DNA of 49,597 nucleotides, taken from Klebsiella phage vB_KppS-Samwise. Positions 9,552-18,657 of this stretch are shown here, in pieces (the stretch's first letter is position 1; every line of letters begins with the position of its first letter). Both the position numbers and the translations under genes were made by a program. Location: the sequence record OY639337.1. One strand, given 5' to 3'. The notes beneath the pieces were generated by a model. That model ran no database searches and had not been told where the DNA came from. It was given only the letters and a program-made list of their open reading frames with translations.

Positions 9552-9873
9552 CGTCGCTTAACTCGTCAAGGTGAAACAGATCGTAAATATATTTATTGCT
9601 CTCACCCTCCAGGCTATACAGTTCAAATCCAAACGGCCTCTTGTGCGAGCCGTGGCACGTCACTACGCCTTTATCTATCCCAAGATAACCCAATGTAGCC
9701 ATTCGCGGGATAAACTCAAGAGAGACGCTTGAGGCGAATTTACGAGGCGTCATATTGGCGGCTCTTGCGAGCCGCTCACACTCTTTGTGCTGAAAAACAA
9801 ATCTGGCTAAGTGCTGGCGATTAAACCAATCGTAGCTTTCGCAAAACTTATACAGATCCAGCAAGAACATCAT
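9481..9873 (-). CDS. Hypothetical protein
   Basis: ORF of 130 aa in the leftward operon. Confidence 0.6.
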   Translation of the reverse strand: MMFLLDLYKFCESYDWFNRQHLARFVFQHKECERLARAANMTPRKFASSVSLEFIPRMATLGYLGIDKGVVTCHGSHKRPFGFELYSLEGESNKYIYDLFHLDELSDDELFNTKSNRCDYEALRRKFGIA

Positions 9874-9876
9874 TTA

Positions 9877-11454
9877 TCACCCCATTAAAGCAGGATTCAC
9901 AAATACGCGCCCATTAGTGAGGCACACGTAATTCAGATCTTCAAGGATTGGCAGCAAGTGCTCCTCAATTCTCTTCATCACGCCAGCCTGACCCAAGAAC
10001 GGACGAACCTTGCGCACGGATTCGTAAATAGCTCGCGCAGTGATAGCGCCCTTATTTGCTTTTCCGAGTCTGGTTATCGTGTCGATAATCTTGATCAACT
10101 CCGCATCCTGACCAGCATGACCGGAAGCATTCGCCGCGCTGATGTAGGTCTTGCTCAATTCCTGGAACATCAAGAGCGCCTCCTGCATCGTCTCAACGTC
10201 AATCTCTCGTGACTTTGTGGCGGTTCCGTTAACCTCTTGCCAGTTTCGGATCGTGTGAATCACTGATGCCAGGCGAATGACCTGCTTATCCATTTTACCC
10301 AACGCGCCGCGTAGCATGGTGTGAGAGTATTCCCTTCCGTCTGCCAGTTTTGGCTCCATTTCCTGGCGTGCCATGTTGAGCACTCGCATAGCGGAGCGGC
10401 TAACCTTCAATGAAACGGATTGCTCCATCATGATATTGTGGATCAGCTTGTAATAGTCTGCTTTAAGACCTGCATCAACTGGCGTGTAAGTTGTGTCTCC
10501 TTTGTCGTCAACGAATTTACGGCGGCCTAAGAATGACTCCTCTCGCACCAGCAGGAAACGCTCAGAAACACCGATACCACGAGCACCAGCCTCCATAATG
10601 CCGCTGATTGTTTCGTCCTGAGCAATCACAGCCATGCAACCGAGAGCTGTAAAGCTCATGTTGTTTTCTGCATTTGCGCGGGCAATGGAAACGTGACCGC
10701 TATCCCAAGCTTTAAGCACCAATTCGCTGTTAGTTTTGCGCTCGCTATTGGCGTATGTCATACCGAGCAATGAGTTGATACTTGTTGCCTCGTCCGATAT
10801 AACAGCGAAATTACCCTGACGGAAGTTGATTTTAGCCAAACCCTCTGGAGTGGTATCTGAAACCGGAAACACAACGTCGCACAGTTTTGCGAGCTTTTCC
10901 TCGTACTCCTCTTTCTCCTCGTAAAGCGCTGCATATTCAGTGCCGGAGCGCTCGCTCTTTAACTCCTTTGCGATCCCGTTGAGTTTTGCCTGAATCTTTT
11001 TGCGCTCTTTCTTACGTTGCTCGTTGATGCGCTCAACCTCTGCAACAATCGGAGCAATAGCCATTGAGTTGATCGCAGATTTACCAGTAGACGGCGGCTG
11101 GCTGGTAACAACGTATAGCGCCGTTGGCTGATCGGTTCCGTGGTATTCCACTGTGAATCGTCCGAGCATTGCGGCAGACACGCAGCCTACAAAGTGCATA
11201 TAGGCAGATGAAACAGGGAATTGCACAGACTCCGCCAGGCTGCGAGACAACTTGCCTACAACGTCGCAATCGTTGCCGAGGGAAATAACAGGGTATTTGT
11301 CGTTTCCGCTGTTAATGTCCTTCACGTCACCCCAAAAACCAGACGAGCGAGAGTATCCGTTTGCCTGGATTGCAACCTTAACGGCGCTCAAGCCTTGAGC
11401 CTCAGCCGTTGAAATGATTTGTTGTGGTGTCAGCGTGGATTGTTCAAAAAACAT
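9877..11454 (-). CDS. DUF3987-like protein (replication-associated ATPase)
   Basis: TSQPPSTGKSAINSMAIAP Walker A-like; start placed at MFFEQSTL after GGAGA, since the longer ORF start lies inside the promoter. Confidence 0.75.
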   Translation of the reverse strand: MFFEQSTLTPQQIISTAEAQGLSAVKVAIQANGYSRSSGFWGDVKDINSGNDKYPVISLGNDCDVVGKLSRSLAESVQFPVSSAYMHFVGCVSAAMLGRFTVEYHGTDQPTALYVVTSQPPSTGKSAINSMAIAPIVAEVERINEQRKKERKKIQAKLNGIAKELKSERSGTEYAALYEEKEEYEEKLAKLCDVVFPVSDTTPEGLAKINFRQGNFAVISDEATSINSLLGMTYANSERKTNSELVLKAWDSGHVSIARANAENNMSFTALGCMAVIAQDETISGIMEAGARGIGVSERFLLVREESFLGRRKFVDDKGDTTYTPVDAGLKADYYKLIHNIMMEQSVSLKVSRSAMRVLNMARQEMEPKLADGREYSHTMLRGALGKMDKQVIRLASVIHTIRNWQEVNGTATKSREIDVETMQEALLMFQELSKTYISAANASGHAGQDAELIKIIDTITRLGKANKGAITARAIYESVRKVRPFLGQAGVMKRIEEHLLPILEDLNYVCLTNGRVFVNPALMG

Positions 11455-11482
11455 CTTAAAGTCTCCTTGTTGGTTGACCCGT

Positions 11483-11525
11483 ATCATAGGTCAACCATCT
11501 TACAGCCTTTTGGCAATTCGTGCTA
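11483..11525 (-). promoter_or_regulatory. Site TAGCACGAATTGCCA + N22 + TATGAT; TGGTTGACC/GGTCAACCA inverted repeat brackets the -10
   Basis: Direct reading of minus strand. Confidence 0.7.
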
Positions 11526-11768
11526 TTTTAAACGTTCAACTTTTGCGAGAAGTTTCGATCCGTCATGGCTCCAGCATTCGAGCGTTTCAGGATCAAAGTC
11601 TAAAGACCTGTGGAATGTGTGACCAATCAGCAGATATCCGCCACGTTGCCGAATCTGATAAACCGTTTCGCCAACCGTGAATAATGAAATGTCGCTGTAT
11701 GTCACTTTGAATCTGTTAGCCAGCATACTCTTTGGTATGTGGCGAGTATATTCTACGCCTTGAATCAT
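11523..11768 (-). CDS. Hypothetical small protein
   Basis: ORF; TAG stop fused to the regulatory site. Confidence 0.6.
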   Translation of the reverse strand: MIQGVEYTRHIPKSMLANRFKVTYSDISLFTVGETVYQIRQRGGYLLIGHTFHRSLDFDPETLECWSHDGSKLLAKVERLK

Positions 11769-12169
11769 GAGTATTTCGCCTCGAATAAGTAAGCACCACC
11801 AGCAGAGAAACCAACCTCCTCCCGATACAGAGTGAAGCGGTCGCCGTCCTCGTCAAACACGTAGCCAGCAACGCCGCCCAATACGCGCCCTTGTTCGATC
11901 TGGTAGCGATTGCCAGCCTTAAACGTTTTCTTGTGCTTCATGCTATGATCAACCCAAGTACATTTTATTGTTTTGGTCTTGATCTCGCGGAAATCATTAA
12001 TGTTAGCCTCAGTCCACTTGCTACCTTTCGTCAGTTCTCGAACCTGGAAAACCTCCATTTCAACGAATTCACCACTGTCATTGACAGGAACCATTGCCGC
12101 TTTAAAGCGCCCTTTCATTAATTTGTTGTCGGCGTTTCGGATAACTTTCATGATCATTTCTCCATCCAT
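11765..12169 (-). CDS. Hypothetical protein (start may be internal Met)
   Basis: ORF of 134 aa. Confidence 0.6.
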   Translation of the reverse strand: MDGEMIMKVIRNADNKLMKGRFKAAMVPVNDSGEFVEMEVFQVRELTKGSKWTEANINDFREIKTKTIKCTWVDHSMKHKKTFKAGNRYQIEQGRVLGGVAGYVFDEDGDRFTLYREEVGFSAGGAYLFEAKYS

Positions 12170-12360
12170 TTACGATATTTTGCTAACTGGTTCTTTGAGG
12201 ACAAAATGCCTTGCTCTTTAATGTTGCTTGCTCGGTAAATCTCAGCTAAATAAGTCTCTCCGTTGTATAGATAAACTGATCCGCGAAAGGTTTTTAGATT
12301 TGGATTATCAATACCTGCAATCATTGCCAGGAAATCCGCTTTCTTAGTCATGTGAGCCAT
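12154..12360 (-). CDS. Hypothetical small protein
   Basis: ORF following the promoter at 12392-12434. Confidence 0.6.
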   Translation of the reverse strand: MAHMTKKADFLAMIAGIDNPNLKTFRGSVYLYNGETYLAEIYRASNIKEQGILSSKNQLAKYRKWMEK

Positions 12361-12391
12361 TTTGTTATCCTCAATTCGTTTCGTTGAGATA

Positions 12392-12434
12392 ATGATAGCG
12401 GATCTTATCGACCAGCTTTTAACAAAAAGTGCTA
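12392..12434 (-). promoter_or_regulatory. Site TAGCACTTTTTGTTA + N22 + TATCAT
   Basis: Direct reading of minus strand; site begins with the stop codon of the C5-methylase-like gene. Confidence 0.7.
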
Positions 12435-13142
12435 TTTTGAGTTAGCCAGCCATACAGCAATCGCCAGGCCGCGAGGAGTAAGCGAGCGAATCAGTTTTGT
12501 TCGCGCTGATTTACCGCCTAATTTCTTCCAGCCTGGATTATCATTCCCAACAGGATCCACTGGCAAAGCCTCAGGCATCACAAAGCCGTTACCCGTCCAA
12601 AGGCAAGTTTGCTTATTGTAAGCGTCGCTCGCTGGGATGATATCAGGGAAAGCAGGGTGAGCTTCATCCTTGATATGGATATAGCCGCCATAGTCGCACA
12701 GATGGAATTTGTGATCCGGCTTGCGCCACAGCGTTGACAGCTTGCCTACAGGGTTTTCGATCATGTACGGAGCACCGAAGTGATCAGCAATCTCCGCCGC
12801 AATCTTGCAGGTCGCCGCCTTAACCTGGAAATCTGGATCAATCTCAGCTTTGCGCTTCCAGTGGCGAGAGCCGGAGTTTGCCAGGTCTGTACATGGAGGA
12901 AACGCCATAATGAAATCAGGCTTACCCCAAAGCAGGTTGCACGCGCTCACCTTGAAATCCTCGTCAATCCAGGCGTTAACGTAGCTGATATTGGGATGCG
13001 TTACGCGCACTGACTGGTATGAGCCGTGATCACCTTCATCGGCATTGAAGCAGACGACTTTATAACCAGCTTTCTCCCACGGCAGAGCCGCATAGCCGGA
13101 GCCGTCGAACATTGAGAAAACAAGGCCTTTACGTTCAAACAT
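12432..13142 (-). CDS. C5-cytosine DNA methyltransferase-like protein
   Basis: VFSMFDGSGYAALPWEKAGY, FPPCTDLANSG, MIENPVGKL; start placed at MFERKGLV with RBS GAGGTG. Confidence 0.75.
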   Translation of the reverse strand: MFERKGLVFSMFDGSGYAALPWEKAGYKVVCFNADEGDHGSYQSVRVTHPNISYVNAWIDEDFKVSACNLLWGKPDFIMAFPPCTDLANSGSRHWKRKAEIDPDFQVKAATCKIAAEIADHFGAPYMIENPVGKLSTLWRKPDHKFHLCDYGGYIHIKDEAHPAFPDIIPASDAYNKQTCLWTGNGFVMPEALPVDPVGNDNPGWKKLGGKSARTKLIRSLTPRGLAIAVWLANSK

Positions 13143-13152
13143 ATCTATCACC

Positions 13153-13437
13153 TCAGAACGGGAAGCAGCGTTTGCAAGCCGGATCAAAATCACAGCCGCA
13201 GTCATTTACAATCATGGTTGGATCGGCAAACATCGCTCCGCTTTCCATATCCATGTCCATATCGCCAAGCGCATCATCCAGCGTGCGCAATTTGTAAGCA
13301 ACCTCAAGCGCTGCCTCTTTATTCAGTCCAGCCGCCTCAGCCTCATGCAGACGGGCAAAAAACGCGTCTTGTACCACAATTTTCTCCTCTAAACTGGCGG
13401 CGCAATTGCCGCCTTTAAACCAATCAGGACTTACCAA
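13153..13437 (-). CDS. Hypothetical protein
   Basis: ORF of 94 aa. Confidence 0.55.
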   Translation of the reverse strand: MVSPDWFKGGNCAASLEEKIVVQDAFFARLHEAEAAGLNKEAALEVAYKLRTLDDALGDMDMDMESGAMFADPTMIVNDCGCDFDPACKRCFPF

Positions 13438-13483
13438 GCTTTCCAGGTTTCGATATACATCGAATTTTTATCCAGGAAGTCGA

Positions 13484-13660
13484 TCACATCTTGCTTGCTG
13501 TACTGGCGCAGAGTGCAGCGCGGCGATGTTCCAACGGTGTAGCAACCTTCCCCTCGGTGATGGTCACTTGCTTGATTTTCTCGCCTGGAATGTCGCACTT
13601 GATGATCACGCGGTGATTGCTGTCCAGGGTTTTCATGATGTTTTCTGTTTTGAGTTTCAT
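13484..13660 (-). CDS. Hypothetical small protein (MKLKTENIMKTLDSNHRVIIKCDIPGEKIKQVTITEGKV...)
   Basis: Manual translation, 58 aa; RBS GCGAGGA; directly after promoter 13692-13734. Confidence 0.6.
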   Translation of the reverse strand: MKLKTENIMKTLDSNHRVIIKCDIPGEKIKQVTITEGKVATPLEHRRAALCASTASKM

Positions 13661-13691
13661 TCGTTTGTCCTCGCTCGTTGTCGATGGCGCT

Positions 13692-13734
13692 ACTATACCA
13701 GGCCGCAGCGCCGGAGTTTTAACAAAAAGTGCTA
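13692..13734 (-). promoter_or_regulatory. Site TAGCACTTTTTGTTA + N22 + TATAGT; GGCGCT/AGCGCC brackets the -10
   Basis: Direct reading of minus strand. Confidence 0.7.
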
Positions 13735-13813
13735 TCAGTTCCAGAATGAGTGGCGGGGCGCACGTTTACCATCACCGCCGTAGTGATCATTGGCTACGGC
13801 AATCATCCAGGCG

Positions 13814-14095
13814 TTAGCGAATATCAGCAGCCGCATAAATCACTCCTTTAATCTTCCTGATCTCGTTAACAAGCTCTTGCTCGTCGTGAATCATGGCTGG
13901 CGAGCACTCCCAACAAGCGGAGGGAAGTTTCTTGTTCTTGCCCTTGATCAGAAATCCGCCCATCAACTCCCAATTGCAGATAAGGCGATCATCGCGCATA
14001 TCGTACAGGTTTAACAGGTTGCGACTCTCGCCGCTAACGTAAATCTTCATCCCATTGTTGCGGCAGAATCCGCGCAATTCTTTCGTCACTCGCAT
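13814..14095 (-). CDS. Hypothetical protein
   Basis: ORF. Confidence 0.6.
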   Translation of the reverse strand: MRVTKELRGFCRNNGMKIYVSGESRNLLNLYDMRDDRLICNWELMGGFLIKGKNKKLPSACWECSPAMIHDEQELVNEIRKIKGVIYAAADIR

Positions 14096-14289
14096 TATTC
14101 ACTCTCCAGTACAGTAACAGGTTCCAGGCGCTCCAGCACAACTTTGAAGCCGGCAAAGAATGTCGGCCTACGTTCGGTTAACTCCGTATAGGTGTCAGTC
14201 GCCAGCGTTGCGCGATCACCTTCATAGCACACTACACGCTTTCCATCTGCGCGGCTGATTGCCACCACGCGATAAGTGTTTTTGATCAT
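14095..14289 (-). CDS. Hypothetical small protein
   Basis: ORF with TG/AT overlap to the downstream gene. Confidence 0.6.
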   Translation of the reverse strand: MIKNTYRVVAISRADGKRVVCYEGDRATLATDTYTELTERRPTFFAGFKVVLERLEPVTVLESE

Positions 14290-14308
14290 GCGTTATCTCC
14301 TGATTGGT

Positions 14309-14572
14309 TTAGTTCTTAACCTGGCTCATGCGATCCATTTCACGATACCAGATAATCAAATCTTCCAGCGCCAGGAACAAGTCAGCTTTCTTTGTCTCCT
14401 TGATGATGTCACAAACCAGGTTGATATCACATTCCAGCACGCCAAGGTACTCGCCATACTGACGGCAACCTTCAATATTGTCCGCCTTGCTTGTGCGGCG
14501 GATGTTACGCTGCGCACGGCAAATAAGGCTGATCACGTTGCTGGTTTCTTTGCTGGTGATGTGATAGGTCAT
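14309..14572 (-). CDS. Hypothetical protein (MTYHITSKETSNVISLICRAQ...)
   Basis: ORF; conserved leader ATCGAAACGAACTGAGGAAAACGAAATG precedes this Met. Confidence 0.6.
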   Translation of the reverse strand: MTYHITSKETSNVISLICRAQRNIRRTSKADNIEGCRQYGEYLGVLECDINLVCDIIKETKKADLFLALEDLIIWYREMDRMSQVKN

Positions 14573-14603
14573 TTCGTTTTCCTCAGTTCGTTTCGATGAA
14601 TGC

Positions 14604-14646
14604 ATTATGCCAAATCCAGATCACGTAGTTTTAGCAAAAAGTGCTA
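14604..14646 (-). promoter_or_regulatory. Site TAGCACTTTTTGCTA + N22 + CATAAT
   Basis: Direct reading of minus strand. Confidence 0.7.
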
Positions 14647-14726
14647 TTCAATAGGTAGTTAGATGATTTGGTGATTTTCTGACCTGAATTTTGATGGTTA
14701 GTTTGATGCGCGTCAGCTTTTGACGA

Positions 14727-14766
14727 GATTTGATGATTGTTGATTAGATTTGATTGGATTTGATTG
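14727..14766. repeat. GATTTGAT(T/G) iteron-like tract
   Basis: GATTTGATGATTGTTGATTAGATTTGATTGGATTTGATTG. Confidence 0.5.
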
Positions 14767-14820
14767 TGGGAATCATCATGGTCTGACGATGGTGTTTTTA
14801 CGCTCTCGAAAACTCCATTC

Positions 14821-15005
14821 TGTTTTACTTGTTTCTCGGTGTTCCCGAAATCAGCCACCGTAAAATAGCGCAACGTTTCAGAACAAGAAAAACAAATAAA
14901 TCCCCCTATAACATATTGAAAAATAAGCAATTATTATTATGTATATATTAATTGTTTTCTTATTGTTCTCTCTGTTTCATGTGATTATTACTATCTGATT
15001 GATTG
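14821..15005. repeat. Copy 1 of a duplicated, structured non-coding region
   Basis: Similar over about 170-185 nt to 45109-45285; outer inverted repeat TGTTTTACTTGTT/AACAAGAAAAACA and inner TCGG-tgttc-CCGA. Confidence 0.65.
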
Positions 15006-15009
15006 TGTG

Positions 15010-15028
15010 AATATACGAATCGTATATT
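15010..15028. promoter_or_regulatory. Perfect 19-bp palindrome AATATACGA-A-TCGTATATT
   Basis: Direct reading, intergenic at a divergent junction. Confidence 0.5.
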
Positions 15029-15240
15029 TGGTGCTTATATTTATATAGGATTTTCCTCCGAAATCGAGGAACAGTGGAACAGCAAAAAAACATTGGCGCT
15101 TTTCTTTTGCAAATCATGGGCTTATGCTTGCGATTTGTTTTTTCTATTCTGGCGCGCGTTATGAGAACAAGAAAAACTATTGACATAGCCATTTCGATGA
15201 TTCACAATGCATCCGAACCAATCAAGAGGAGGCGAATCAT

Positions 15241-15526
15241 GATTGAGCTTTACGTAAAACGAGACGGAAGCATTGTTGAGTGCGGCGATGATTTTGATCT
15301 GGTGTCCGGTCGCGGAATGTCTAGCGCTTATCTGCGCCGCCTGGTCGGAGCGGTCAAGCCGAACGAGGCGAACTACATAGATATTGAGAGCGCTGACAGA
15401 AGCACGGAATCACTCAGAATGGCTCTGAACAAGATCGCAAAAGATAGCGACGTTGACATAAAAACGTTCTCAGCCGGAAACCTTTTCGGATTCGTTGTTG
15501 TTAGCCCTGAAAAAGTATTCATCTAA
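15241..15526 (+). CDS. Hypothetical protein (MIELYVKRDGSIVECGDD...)
   Basis: Internal Met of ORF 15074..15526 with upstream RBS-like AGAGGCG. Confidence 0.5.
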
Positions 15527-15536
15527 GGAGCAAGAA

Positions 15537-15983
15537 ATGAGCAAAGAACTGTGTGACAAAATCCGTGAAGCTGGCGCAGCATTGGGGCGCGGAGACCAGA
15601 ACGAGATCCGGCTCCCTTACAGTTACATCCTGGGGCATTTCGGCGGAGACTTTGAGCAAGCCAACAAGATCAACTCCGCATACATCCGCACAATCGTTAA
15701 CCGCGTACCTGAGGTGAAAGCGGCTGGTCGAATCAGTATCAAGCGCGTGGATGATATTGATGGAGTGGTTTTCGTCATGAGCATTAATCGAGATCCAAAG
15801 CGCAAGATTCTCACGAGCGAGGACATTCCAGCCATTGAGCGAAAGGCCAGGATGAAGCTCGCAAAGCAACTTCTAAACCTGATGCCGAACGTGATGCACC
15901 TGGAAGGCGACATGCTGGACGGCGCAATGAAGGGGATCAAGATGTACCAGGAAATGATCATGAAAATGGCGGAGGGTGAATGA
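15537..15983 (+). CDS. Hypothetical protein
   Basis: ORF; start MSKELCDK after AAGGAG. Confidence 0.6.
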   Translation: MSKELCDKIREAGAALGRGDQNEIRLPYSYILGHFGGDFEQANKINSAYIRTIVNRVPEVKAAGRISIKRVDDIDGVVFVMSINRDPKRKILTSEDIPAIERKARMKLAKQLLNLMPNVMHLEGDMLDGAMKGIKMYQEMIMKMAEGE

Positions 15984-16111
15984 TGAAGAAACTACTCGAA
16001 ATGTTCTCTCCGCGTGATGCGATGGAGGTTGTGCTATTGGCGGCTATCGCGTGCGGTGTGCTTGGGCTGGTATTGCAGGTTATTGCGCTGGCACTCGCCC
16101 TGATTGGTAAA

Positions 16112-16154
16112 TAGCACTTTTTGTTAAAACTGCCCCGCGCGAGTGGGGCATAAT
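16112..16154 (+). promoter_or_regulatory. Site TAGCACTTTTTGTTA + N22 + CATAAT, leader AACGAAACGAATTGAGGAG
   Basis: Direct reading. Confidence 0.7.
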
Positions 16155-16187
16155 AGCCTCAACGAAACGAATTGAGGAGATTGCAAG

Positions 16188-16343
16188 ATGGTTACACTGA
16201 TTACCTGGGAGCACGAGAGCAGCAACGCGGTAGTGCGCGAGTTTGATTCAGTAGCAGCGTGCTACAGCCTGGCCGCTAACGGCGGTTTCTATAAAGCGCA
16301 GATTGTAAACGAGTTTGGGGTGGTTGATTATGAGTTTCATTAA
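16188..16343 (+). CDS. Small hypothetical protein (MVTLITWEHESSNAVVREF...)
   Basis: Manual translation after the conserved leader. Confidence 0.5.
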   Translation: MVTLITWEHESSNAVVREFDSVAACYSLAANGGFYKAQIVNEFGVVDYEFH

Positions 16344-16539
16344 TGCAAGCGATGTTAAGCCTGGCGCAGTGTACCGCTCAAAGTACACAGATCGGCTGTG
16401 GCGATGGGATGGTGAAACCATGTGGACGAAAGGCGCTGGCGATGTGATTTGGCATCAATCCGGCTGGCCTCACCCAACAATGACGCGCAAAGACATTGCA
16501 TATTATCTGGCAGTTGGAGAATTCGAGGAGGTTAAATAA
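16330..16539 (+). CDS. Small hypothetical protein
   Basis: ORF, GAVYRSKYTDRLWRWDG. Confidence 0.55.
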   Translation: MSFINASDVKPGAVYRSKYTDRLWRWDGETMWTKGAGDVIWHQSGWPHPTMTRKDIAYYLAVGEFEEVK

Positions 16540-16724
16540 TGATCAGATTCAACGTTGACTATCCAGGCTTTATTGCTGGCAAGACCTATCAAGCGAAATA
16601 CGCAGCGCACCCATTCTACGGCTACCCTGCGATCAAGGTTGTTGACGAGGACGGCGATACGCGTTACCTGGCGATTGAGTTGCTGGAGGACGGATCCATT
16701 GTTGAGGTGGATGATGAAGATTAA
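16539..16724 (+). CDS. Small hypothetical protein of the recurrent 'AGKxYxxxx' type
   Basis: FIAGKTYQAKYAAHPFYGYPAIKVVDEDGDTRYLAIELLEDG. Confidence 0.6.
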   Translation: MIRFNVDYPGFIAGKTYQAKYAAHPFYGYPAIKVVDEDGDTRYLAIELLEDGSIVEVDDED

Positions 16725-17064
16725 CGCACAAGCACGCAACTACGCGCTAAAGCACGGGATTCACATCTACGGACTGACCAACGAGCAGAGCCGCGCCCTG
16801 GTTTTCTACGATATCGCCAGCGGCACAAAGCTATGCACCTACAAGAGCTACAGCGATGATAACCCATTGCAGAAGTCGCTCAACTACAAGATGAAGCCTG
16901 AAACCTGGCAAGCGATGCCGGATGATATCCGCACGGCGCAGGGTGTGCAAAAGGCAATCGAGGCTATGGTTGTAACTGGCACGGCGCGACCGCTGGACGA
17001 GGACGAGCTAGCGGAGGCGCGCAACAAGATCCTCAGTCGGTCAACGGGAGTTAATATCATATGA
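16714..17064 (+). CDS. Hypothetical protein
   Basis: ORF, start MKINAQARNY. Confidence 0.6.
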   Translation: MKINAQARNYALKHGIHIYGLTNEQSRALVFYDIASGTKLCTYKSYSDDNPLQKSLNYKMKPETWQAMPDDIRTAQGVQKAIEAMVVTGTARPLDEDELAEARNKILSRSTGVNII

Positions 17065-17125
17065 GCAGTTGGCACAATGAGCACGTCATGCAATTCTATC
17101 GCCAAAGGATAAAGAAAATCCTCAA

Positions 17126-17168
17126 TAGCACGAATTGCTAAAACACCAGATCGGGGTTGCGCTATAGT
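17126..17168 (+). promoter_or_regulatory. Site TAGCACGAATTGCTA + N22 + TATAGT; GGGGTT/AACCCC brackets the -10
   Basis: Direct reading. Confidence 0.7.
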
Positions 17169-17375
17169 AACCCCATCGAAACGAAACACACTGAGGAGCA
17201 CAAAATGAAATCTCGCAAATACCGCAACATCTTCAACAACCTGGCATACTGGCTGGAGGACGGCGCTGTCATGGTTAGCAACGGCGAGCAAACAAAGAAA
17301 TCGCTGTTAAGCGCAGAGGAGTTTTTCATTGCGGTAGGCCGTGACGTTCTGGTACTGATTGAGGAGGAATAATAA

Positions 17376-17618
17376 ATGCTGTCAATTCGCAACTTGTTTA
17401 TGCGCCTCATTTGGAAAGAGGTTGAGGCTTTCGGCTATAACATTCCGGCAAACTTCAAGCGTGCTTGCCCTGGCAATGCAAGCGGGGTTTATTGGGAAAT
17501 GCCGGACGGCACATACTGGTTCACAATTTGCTCAGGATTCAAGATGGAAGTAAGTGAGCGCGACTATGAGCGCGGAACATTCTTTAAAGCAATGCAGGAA
17601 GTAGGGGAGGAATTTTAA
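17376..17618 (+). CDS. Hypothetical protein
   Basis: ORF with RBS GAGGAGG. Confidence 0.6.
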   Translation: MLSIRNLFMRLIWKEVEAFGYNIPANFKRACPGNASGVYWEMPDGTYWFTICSGFKMEVSERDYERGTFFKAMQEVGEEF

Positions 17619-18154
17619 TGATCAAATTTGAGCTTTGGGGTTACACATACCATCTGCGCGGCACTTACGGTGTTGCAATCGTTGACCTGGACGGCACACT
17701 TTCGGACGGCACGCACCGCTTGCACCTGATGCCAACAAAGGAATTGCACCTCACTGAAAGCTGGAGCGAGTTTAACAAGGCGGCAGCTAATGACAAGCCG
17801 ATCCAGAGCACGATTGATGTTGTGCGTAACCTTTGGCGTGCTGGGATGGGCGTCGTTATCCTGACTGGTCGCAGTGACGAGGTGGAAACCGATACTATCC
17901 TTTGGCTAGACCGCCACAAGGTGAAATATGACTGGCTTATCATGCGCCGCGCGGAGGACAACCGCAAGGACACCGTTATCAAAGAGGAAGTGTTGCGTGC
18001 AATCGGTCTGCATCACATTACGTGCGCCTTTGATGATTCGCCAAACGTGATCAGCCATTTCCGCAGCCTGGGAATCACAACCTATCAGGTGACGGAATAC
18101 GACAAGCCGCACGCTCATTTGCAGAGTCACGGCGTGGAGGAGTTGAGTAAATGA
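17618..18154 (+). CDS. HAD-superfamily phosphatase, similar to polynucleotide kinase 3'-phosphatase domain
   Basis: VAIVDLDGTLSDGTHR, VVILTGRSDEVETDT, FDDSPNVI. Confidence 0.8.
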   Translation: MIKFELWGYTYHLRGTYGVAIVDLDGTLSDGTHRLHLMPTKELHLTESWSEFNKAAANDKPIQSTIDVVRNLWRAGMGVVILTGRSDEVETDTILWLDRHKVKYDWLIMRRAEDNRKDTVIKEEVLRAIGLHHITCAFDDSPNVISHFRSLGITTYQVTEYDKPHAHLQSHGVEELSK

Positions 18155-18366
18155 TTGTGACGCACAACATAGAGCCGAGCGCAAACACCGCGCAGGACAT
18201 GATTGCAGGAATGCCGTCAAAATCGCACAGAATGGTGCGTGTGTGGGGTTTTCAGGGTAACGTAATCAAAACGCTAAAGGAAATTTTAGACCTGCCAGAA
18301 GTCGATACAGCGCTTGTGGGAGTGCATACAAATGAATATGTTTCTTTCCACATTGTGACAAAGTGA
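18151..18366 (+). CDS. Hypothetical protein
   Basis: ORF with 4-nt overlap. Confidence 0.55.
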   Translation: MIVTHNIEPSANTAQDMIAGMPSKSHRMVRVWGFQGNVIKTLKEILDLPEVDTALVGVHTNEYVSFHIVTK

Positions 18367-18373
18367 GGTTAAT

Positions 18374-18583
18374 GTGATTCTTACAGTGGCTTTTGCCAAT
18401 CCGCGAGCGTGCAACATCTTTGGATTCATGGAAAGGATGCGCATTGAGGCCGAGCGCAATGATAAAGGCATCCTTTACGTCAAAGCGCCGAAAACTGGCG
18501 CTGCAATGAGGGTTAAGGAGAATGGAGGCCGGATGTTCATTCGTTCAATGTCAGGTCAGGATCTGGTGACTTTCACAAAATAG
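18374..18583 (+). CDS. Hypothetical protein
   Basis: ORF ending in TAG within the regulatory site. Confidence 0.55.
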   Translation: MILTVAFANPRACNIFGFMERMRIEAERNDKGILYVKAPKTGAAMRVKENGGRMFIRSMSGQDLVTFTK

Positions 18584-18623
18584 CACGAATTGCTAAAACG
18601 CGCTCCGCCAGGGGCGCTATAAT
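18581..18623 (+). promoter_or_regulatory. Site TAGCACGAATTGCTA + N22 + TATAAT
   Basis: Direct reading; GCGCTCC/GGGGCGC hairpin abuts the -10. Confidence 0.7.
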
Positions 18624-18657
18624 GCAGCCATACCAACCAACGAGAGGAAAGCAAAAT

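Noticed and set aside
14631-14930. Minus-strand 99-aa ORF.
   Set aside because: Low-complexity Asn/Gln/Ser composition, overlaps both the regulatory site and the duplicated non-coding element, and has no credible RBS; likely spurious.
17126-17140. TAGCACGAATTGC resembles a sigma54 promoter (TGGCAC-N5-TTGC).
   Set aside because: The GG-GC spacing is 10 bp here versus 12 bp needed, the first G is A, and TATAAT-like -10 boxes lie at constant distance downstream, so sigma70 plus an accessory protein fits better.
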